Below, one piece after another: positions 58,075-64,000 of a DNA stretch of 64,000 nucleotides (positions within the stretch are counted from its first letter, which is position 1; each line of letters begins with the position of its first letter). Below the pieces are notes generated by a model. That model saw only the letters and a program-made list of their open reading frames with translations, had not been told where the DNA came from and searched no databases. The stretch is from a virus, in the IMG/VR virus record IMGVR_UViG_3300032240_001333, positions 1 to 64,000 of that record, one strand, 5' to 3'. Made by a program: the position numbers and the translations under genes.

Positions 58075-58139
58075 AAAATCCCCTTAGTTGCCAATTTGCA
58101 ACAATTCCATTATACACCCATATAAACAATAACTAAAAT

Positions 58140-58220
58140 AACAGAAAACCCAATCGGAGGCGGATCCAATTGGGTTCTGGCATCTAATGATGCAATGTAA
58201 GGAGCCAAAGCTCGACCTAC
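58140..58220 (-). ncRNA. Candidate sRNA 2 (anti-AGGCGGA loop)
   Basis: TTGACT-N17-TATACT promoter (58227-58255), three hairpins, last one AACCCAAUUGGA-UCCGCC-UCCGAUUGGGUU plus U tract; no ORF. Confidence 0.7.
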
Positions 58221-58270
58221 AAAATAAGTATATAATTCTTAATTTTATAAGTCAATAGAATTAGTAAATA

Positions 58271-59074
58271 TTACCAACCATTTTTTTCCATCATAATTTT
58301 TGTTTTTTCTTCTATTATATCTGCAAATTGTGGATTAATTCTTAGCGGAGAATTCCAATCATTTAATTGTTGTTCGCTAGGATTTTCATATTTTCCAATT
58401 TGTTCTTCCCATTCAGGAGTTTTATAATTATAAAATGTTCCTGGGTTATCCTCTGCTAATAAAGCAAAGCATGAAAATGCAAATCTTGTACCACTTTTTG
58501 TTTTTCTAGTTCCATGATCATAAGGGATACATGCTCCATGTAATATAATATCTCCTGGTTCTGGCTGAACTTCAAGACAAGGCTGAGCAAGTTTTTTCTC
58601 ATCAATTCTCATATCGCCAGTTTTTTCAGTACCATCTGGATTAATATTTGGATAATATAAAGCACCGCCAGTAAAGTCACCCAAATAGGCAATCATTCCA
58701 TATTCAAGTTCACAACATGTAGACCATTGATCTATTTCAAGTAATAATTCACATCTTCCTTTTCCAGGACTGTCAGCATGAACAAACATACCTTCATCAT
58801 GTGGTTGAGAAACCATTAAACTTCTTACTGGATGAATAACAATTTCTGGATGTATTAATTCTGACATAAATTTCCATAAAGGGAATGTGCTAGAAAAACC
58901 TGGAGTCATTTTGTCCTTATACCAGTCCCTAACACTCCAGTCATTATCTGCCCCACCTCTTTCAAAGGTTGCAAGATCTTTATTAATCGATTCAATTATT
59001 TCTTTAGGAATAATATTTTTAAATATATAAATTCTATTTGCTATTTTTTTACATCTAGGATCATCGTAAAACAT
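58271..59074 (-). CDS. 2OG-Fe(II) oxygenase
   Basis: HAD...YLGDFTGGALYYP...HGT...R. Confidence 0.85.
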   Translation of the reverse strand: MFYDDPRCKKIANRIYIFKNIIPKEIIESINKDLATFERGGADNDWSVRDWYKDKMTPGFSSTFPLWKFMSELIHPEIVIHPVRSLMVSQPHDEGMFVHADSPGKGRCELLLEIDQWSTCCELEYGMIAYLGDFTGGALYYPNINPDGTEKTGDMRIDEKKLAQPCLEVQPEPGDIILHGACIPYDHGTRKTKSGTRFAFSCFALLAEDNPGTFYNYKTPEWEEQIGKYENPSEQQLNDWNSPLRINPQFADIIEEKTKIMMEKNGW

Positions 59075-59134
59075 ATATTATTTCCTCCTTTATTTTATGT
59101 TAATATTATACCACTTATGTGATACAATAACACT

Positions 59135-59218
59135 ATGACCGAAAACATAAATGAGGCATCAGTTAACTGCTGTGAAGCATGTACTTGTGATACTCCTCAT
59201 AAATCAAAACCAGAGTAA
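59135..59218 (+). CDS. 27-aa Cys/His-rich leaderless microprotein (not in ORF track)
   Basis: TGATACAAT 6 nt before ATG; MTENINEASVNCCEACTCDTPHKSKPE. Confidence 0.5.
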   Translation: MTENINEASVNCCEACTCDTPHKSKPE

Positions 59219-59284
59219 TTTTTAAATTTACTTATAAATAAAGCCCCAGTCTATTGACCAGGGCCTATATTTATTGTGCAAAAT

Positions 59285-59473
59285 TTATTCTTTTATTAAT
59301 TCTTTTTCTAATAGCCTTTGATAAGTGTTTGTACATACCAATTCAAAACTAGGTTTACCTTGTTCTATATAATTAGCAGACTCATCATCGGAGATACCAG
59401 CATTAGAATACATAAATTTCATATCTTCAATAAATCCATTTAGCATTAATTTAATAATTTCTTCTTTATTCAT
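59285..59473 (-). CDS. Hypothetical protein
   Basis: AAGGAG RBS. Confidence 0.6.
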   Translation of the reverse strand: MNKEEIIKLMLNGFIEDMKFMYSNAGISDDESANYIEQGKPSFELVCTNTYQRLLEKELIKE

Positions 59474-59669
59474 TAATTTCTCCTTCTGGTGTAAATGATG
59501 GAACTGGTCCTAATAAATATCCTTGATTATGATATTCTACCATTTTAGAAGTCTTTTCTTCCCCAGCAACTTTATTAGAAATTAAAGTTAATATATCATA
59601 TATTCTATGAAGCATAATATATGTAACCATTGGAATATTTTCTTCTAAATTTTGATTTTCATCTGACAT
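59466..59669 (-). CDS. Hypothetical protein
   Basis: AGGCGGT upstream. Confidence 0.6.
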   Translation of the reverse strand: MSDENQNLEENIPMVTYIMLHRIYDILTLISNKVAGEEKTSKMVEYHNQGYLLGPVPSFTPEGEINE

Positions 59670-59874
59670 TTGCGTCTACCGCCTTTTTCATATCGTTATA
59701 AGCTTTTTCTCCTATAAACTTTTTATAAGAGCAAGAAAGACAATATAAATAAACATTGTCTTCTAAATCTAAATTAGAAAGAAGAAGACCTTGATCCATT
59801 GGACATTCCATTTTAGGAACCAGGCCTTCTTCTGATAAAGCTATATATTTAGATACGTATTGTATCTGTTTCAA
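59659..59874 (-). CDS. Zinc-ribbon protein
   Basis: CPMD...CLSC; AAGGAG RBS. Confidence 0.6.
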   Translation of the reverse strand: MKQIQYVSKYIALSEEGLVPKMECPMDQGLLLSNLDLEDNVYLYCLSCSYKKFIGEKAYNDMKKAVDANVR

Positions 59875-59883
59875 TATTGCTCC

Positions 59884-60441
59884 TTAAGCTGATGGAAACT
59901 CTGTTATGAGTTGCCTTGCTTTGCCTATTGAATTAGGCCAAGCTGACCAATTTTTACCGCCATCGGTCATATAGTACGTTATCTCTGCGTTTGTTACTGG
60001 ATCAAATAATTCCTTATTTGAAACTAAATCGAACTTTTCTTTTCTCTTTACGCCTAAATCTCCAAGCATATTGATTTGGAAAATTCCGTAAGACTTATCT
60101 CCAGTTGATTTGTTATCGTTTAAAGCCATTGGTCGCCCATGTGACTCTACCGTTGCAACAGCCCAAGCTGTTTTTAATTCAGTTCCTTCAAAACCTACAG
60201 CCCATAAAAGATCTTTTAAATCTTCAGGCGAAAGCATTTCAGAACTGCCATAAGTATCATTACTGAACTTATTTAGTATTTCTCTTTTTAGTTGTTTTTC
60301 GGTTTTTTGCGGTTTTACTTCTAAAGCCTGAGTTACTGTTGGTCCAGGTTGGACGGAAAATAAGAATAATGTTATCATTCCTATTGCAGTCCAATTATGA
60401 ACAACATCGCTCAAACTTTGTTTGATTCTCTCCATTGGCAT
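59884..60441 (-). CDS. Membrane-anchored lytic transglycosylase (SLT/lysozyme-like)
   Basis: AVATVES, SYGIFQIN, DPVTNA, WSAW. Confidence 0.85.
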   Translation of the reverse strand: MPMERIKQSLSDVVHNWTAIGMITLFLFSVQPGPTVTQALEVKPQKTEKQLKREILNKFSNDTYGSSEMLSPEDLKDLLWAVGFEGTELKTAWAVATVESHGRPMALNDNKSTGDKSYGIFQINMLGDLGVKRKEKFDLVSNKELFDPVTNAEITYYMTDGGKNWSAWPNSIGKARQLITEFPSA

Positions 60442-60519
60442 TCCTCCTTTAGAGATAACGAACTATAATAATAACATTGGCGGGTAATGACTGTCAAGCC
60501 AGTCAACCAGAAGGATTTA

Positions 60520-61509
60520 ATGAATATTTCATTTTCTACAGTAATTGCTAATTTAAGAAGTAGCAATGGATATGGATATGCTGGTCAAAATATAGTAAAA
60601 TCATTAAATAACTTAGGACACTTTGTTCCATTTCAAGATCCAAAAGCACTAGTACAATTAAATTTTTCTCAACCATCACATTTTAAATTACATAAAAATC
60701 AATATCAAATTAGCTATACTCCATGGGAATCAACTGTAATACCAGAAGAGTGGAAATATTATATGAATGCATGTGATGAAATTTGGACAACATCTAACTG
60801 GTGTGCAAATGTATTTGAAGATAATGGATTTAAAAATATAAAAGTATTTCCTCATGGAATTGATCCAATGTGGGTACCAAATAGAAGACAAGATGATGGT
60901 ATTATTAAATTTTTACATATAGGAGAACCAGCTCCTAGAAAAGCTGGACAAATAGTAGTTGATGCATTTACAAAATTATTTGGTGGAAAAGAAGGATATT
61001 CTTTAACAATTAAAGCAGATCAAATTAATACTACTAGAATATATAATAATTATATAGATAAAAATATAATTGGATTACCTAATGAGTTATATCCAAATAT
61101 TAATTTAATAACTAAAATTTTAAATGATGAAGAATTAGTGCAGTTATATCAAACACATGATGTATTAATTTATCCTAGTTATGGAGAAGGATTTGGATTT
61201 ATTCCACTTCAAGCTTTAGCAACTGGTATGCCAACAATATGTACATCTGGTTGGGCACATTATGAAAATTATCTTGGTCCATTAAAATTAAAATCAGAGT
61301 TAATAGATTCGCCTTGGCCATTTCCACATGAAGGAAAAGTATTTGAACCAAACTATCAACATTTACTTGAGCTTATGAGAGATGTAGCAATAAACTTTAA
61401 TGCATATTCTGGATATTATTTTGCTCAGTCAACTAAAATACATAAAGATTATAATTGGGATCAGTTGACCAAAAATGCATTTAATCATATTTTTAAAAAA
61501 TTTTCATAA
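60520..61509 (+). CDS. Glycosyltransferase, GT4 / group 1
   Basis: RKAG, YPSYGEGFGFIPLQALATG; likely start MNISF. Confidence 0.88.
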   Translation: MNISFSTVIANLRSSNGYGYAGQNIVKSLNNLGHFVPFQDPKALVQLNFSQPSHFKLHKNQYQISYTPWESTVIPEEWKYYMNACDEIWTTSNWCANVFEDNGFKNIKVFPHGIDPMWVPNRRQDDGIIKFLHIGEPAPRKAGQIVVDAFTKLFGGKEGYSLTIKADQINTTRIYNNYIDKNIIGLPNELYPNINLITKILNDEELVQLYQTHDVLIYPSYGEGFGFIPLQALATGMPTICTSGWAHYENYLGPLKLKSELIDSPWPFPHEGKVFEPNYQHLLELMRDVAINFNAYSGYYFAQSTKIHKDYNWDQLTKNAFNHIFKKFS

Positions 61510-61593
61510 AGTCTTCCCTCTATAAATAACATTTGATACACTTAGATCTCATTCAAAAATTTATTTAACCGTAAGGCAGAGGAAAAGGTCTAT

Positions 61594-63528
61594 ATGTCAA
61601 CATCTATTGAAAACCCATATGAAAATTTTATTGCGTTATCTCGTTATGCAAGATGGATACCAGAAGAGAATCGCAGAGAAACATGGAGTGAGACAGTAGA
61701 TCGTTATTTTTCTTTTATGCTTGATCACTTATTTAAAGAGCATGCATATGAGCCATCATCAAAATTAATTGCAGAATTAAAGCAAGCAGTATTAGATCGA
61801 AATGTAATGCCATCAATGAGATCAGTAATGACCGCTGGTGCAGCACTAGAAAGAGATCATGTTGCTGGATATAATTGTTCATTCGTACCAGTAGATAATC
61901 CAAGATCATTTGATGAGACTATGTATATTCTTATGTGTGGAACTGGTGTTGGATTTTCTGTTGAATATAAATATGTTAATAAACTTCCTGCCATTCCAGA
62001 ATCATTTGAAAAGTCATCAACAATAATTAACGTTGAAGATTCTAAGCAAGGATGGGCAAAAGCATATCGTGAACTATTGGCACTCCTTTGGACGGGACAA
62101 ATTCCATCAATTGATGTAAGCAAACTTCGTCCTGCAGGTGCAAGACTTAAAACAATGGGTGGTCGTTCATCTGGACCACAACCATTAATTAATCTTTTTG
62201 ATTTTACAATTGCAAAATTTAAAAATGCAGCAGGTCGTCAACTTAAACCAATTGAGGCACATGACATTATGTGCAAGATTGGTGAAATTGTAGTAGTTGG
62301 TGGAGTTCGCAGATCTGCAATGATTTCTTTGTCAAACATTAATGATATTGAAATGGCTCAAGCAAAATCTGGTAATTGGTGGGAAAATAATTCACAACGT
62401 GCATTGTCTAATAACTCAGTGGCCTATTCACGCAAACCAGAAATGGAACAATTTATAGCAGAATGGAAATCTTTATATGATTCAAAATCAGGAGAACGTG
62501 GAATTTACAATGTTGCAGCAGCACAAAAACAAGCAGCTAAATATGGAAGACGGGATCCTGAAATTCATTATGGAACCAACCCATGTTCAGAGATTATTCT
62601 ACGTCCTTATCAGTTTTGTAATCTTTCAGAAGTCGTATTACGTGAAAAAGATAAAATTGAAGATGTTGCAAATAAAGTCCGTCTTGCCACTATTTTAGGA
62701 ACATGGCAATCAACATTAACAGATTTTAAATATCTTCGTAAAATTTGGAAAGATAATACAGAAGAAGAACGTTTATTAGGAGTTTCTTTAACTGGTCAAT
62801 TTGGACATAAATTCTTTTCAGGTAAAGAAGATATTAATAAATTGGAACAAGTATTAATTGAACTTCGTGAGTCTGCAAGAAAAACAAATGCAGCAGAGGC
62901 TAAAAAAATTGGTATTCAAGAATCAGCAGCAATTACATGTGTTAAGCCTTCTGGAACCGTATCTCAATTAGTTGGAGTTTCATCTGGAATGCACCCATGG
63001 CACTCTGAACACTATATTCGTACAGTTCGTGGGGATAAAAAAGATCCTATTTCTACATTCTTAAAAGAAGTAGGAATTCCAGTAGAAGATGATGTAATGA
63101 AACCAAACGATACATATGTATTTTCATTTCCAGTAAAAGCACCAGAAGGTGCTATTGTTAGAAATGATCTTACTGCAATTGATCATTTAAATACATGGTT
63201 AATTTATCAACGTGCATGGTGTGAGCATAAGCCATCAATTACAGTTTCTGTAAAAGAAGATGAGTGGATGGAAGTTGGAGCATGGGTATACAAGCATTTT
63301 GATGAGGTATCTGGAATTTCATTCCTACCACATTCAGATCACACATATAAGCAAGCACCTTATCAAGAAGTTTCCAAAGAAGAATATCTAGATCTTTTAG
63401 GTAAAATGCCTAAAGAAATTAGATGGGCAGATCTTTCATTTTATGAAACAGAAGATGGAACATCTGGAACTCAAACACTTGCATGTACTTCTGATGGAAA
63501 TTGTGAAATTGTAGATATTTCAGCATAG
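61594..63528 (+). CDS. nrdJ: Class II (B12-dependent) ribonucleotide reductase
   Basis: YNC, GGVRRSA, TNPCSEI, CNL, TCVKPSGT, C-terminal ACTSDGNCE. Confidence 0.92.
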   Translation: MSTSIENPYENFIALSRYARWIPEENRRETWSETVDRYFSFMLDHLFKEHAYEPSSKLIAELKQAVLDRNVMPSMRSVMTAGAALERDHVAGYNCSFVPVDNPRSFDETMYILMCGTGVGFSVEYKYVNKLPAIPESFEKSSTIINVEDSKQGWAKAYRELLALLWTGQIPSIDVSKLRPAGARLKTMGGRSSGPQPLINLFDFTIAKFKNAAGRQLKPIEAHDIMCKIGEIVVVGGVRRSAMISLSNINDIEMAQAKSGNWWENNSQRALSNNSVAYSRKPEMEQFIAEWKSLYDSKSGERGIYNVAAAQKQAAKYGRRDPEIHYGTNPCSEIILRPYQFCNLSEVVLREKDKIEDVANKVRLATILGTWQSTLTDFKYLRKIWKDNTEEERLLGVSLTGQFGHKFFSGKEDINKLEQVLIELRESARKTNAAEAKKIGIQESAAITCVKPSGTVSQLVGVSSGMHPWHSEHYIRTVRGDKKDPISTFLKEVGIPVEDDVMKPNDTYVFSFPVKAPEGAIVRNDLTAIDHLNTWLIYQRAWCEHKPSITVSVKEDEWMEVGAWVYKHFDEVSGISFLPHSDHTYKQAPYQEVSKEEYLDLLGKMPKEIRWADLSFYETEDGTSGTQTLACTSDGNCEIVDISA

Positions 63529-63567
63529 TAGTATAATAGATAGTGGCGAAAGCCAAAAGGAGATAAC

Positions 63568-63762
63568 ATGAACACATATACAGCACAAATACTAGCAGCA
63601 CTAGGAACTTACGGAAGAGCATTCCTAGCAGCAGCTACAGCCTTATACATGACTGGAAATACAAATCCAAAAGATTTAGTTGCAGCAGGAGTTGCAGCAA
63701 TAGCTCCAGTTATTCTAAAGGCATTAAGTCCAAGTAATCAAGAATTTGGCTTCAAGAAGTAA
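63568..63762 (+). CDS. Small holin-like membrane protein
   Basis: Two hydrophobic helices and a basic tail. Confidence 0.55.
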   Translation: MNTYTAQILAALGTYGRAFLAAATALYMTGNTNPKDLVAAGVAAIAPVILKALSPSNQEFGFKK

Positions 63763-63839
63763 AATAAAGTAATACCAATTAGGATCGCTCCTATGCTAAA
63801 ATGGGCATAGGAGTTTTCCTATTTTAGGAGATTTTGCAA

Positions 63840-64000
63840 ATGGCAGTAAACAAAAATTTTGAAGTAGATCAAAATACTACTTTCACCTTTCAGGTTCAAT
63901 ATACCTTAGAGGATGAAGTAACGCCTATTAATTTAACTGGTGCAACAGCAAAGATGCAAGTTAGAAATACACAAGGTGGAGATAAACTAGCTTTTACTTT
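63840..64000 (+). CDS. Probable virion structural protein, 3'-truncated
   Basis: AGGAG RBS; MAVNKNFEVDQNTTF...PINLTGATAKMQVR. Confidence 0.55.
   Translation, partial: MAVNKNFEVDQNTTFTFQVQYTLEDEVTPINLTGATAKMQVRNTQGGDKLAFT

Noticed and set aside
1-64000. Stop-codon reassignment
   Set aside because: Core genes are intact in the standard code, all three stops are used, and no suppressor tRNA is present

Overview
A 64-kb segment of a large, AT-rich lytic dsDNA tailed phage. The host is inferred to be an actinobacterium (WhiB, an Lsr2-like protein, GAAAGGA-type RBSs, many leaderless genes), and the gene content resembles large freshwater actinophages. Layout: tail-related genes (1-2.6 kb); a replication/recombination operon with DnaB, DnaG, SSB-like, DnaE, RecA, Cas4-like and RuvC-like genes (2.7-15.5 kb); glycosyltransferases and terminase (15.5-21 kb); stress, lysis and surface genes (Dps, Hsp20, endolysin, WhiB, Ntn protease, subtilisin, thioredoxin); eight 2OG-Fe(II) oxygenases; four tRNAs; a minus-strand block of small 'early' genes (~40.8-51.3 kb); a collagen-like fibre; and a class II ribonucleotide reductase. 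The strongest signals are non-coding. (i) Thirteen early promoters share TGTCRG-N10-TAnnnT, the architecture of actinobacterial PafBC (RecA-NDp) DNA-damage promoters. (ii) Fourteen early translation starts share an extended ACGAAAGG leader, and a stand-alone ~134-nt sRNA (42761-42894, minus) carries its complement in a predicted loop. (iii) A second ~80-nt sRNA (58140-58220, minus) has a loop complementary to a second, atypical RBS class (AGGCGGA). Together these suggest a circuit in which host PafBC switches early genes on and phage sRNAs switch gene classes off through shared RBS 'barcodes'. Also seen: clustered CRP, DnaA, LexA-like and GACAC boxes, a fixed-spacing unknown motif, a ROSE-like thermometer on hsp20, a pseudoknotted RNA and a G6-TA-G6 candidate origin. 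All family assignments are by eye from motifs; no database searches were run.
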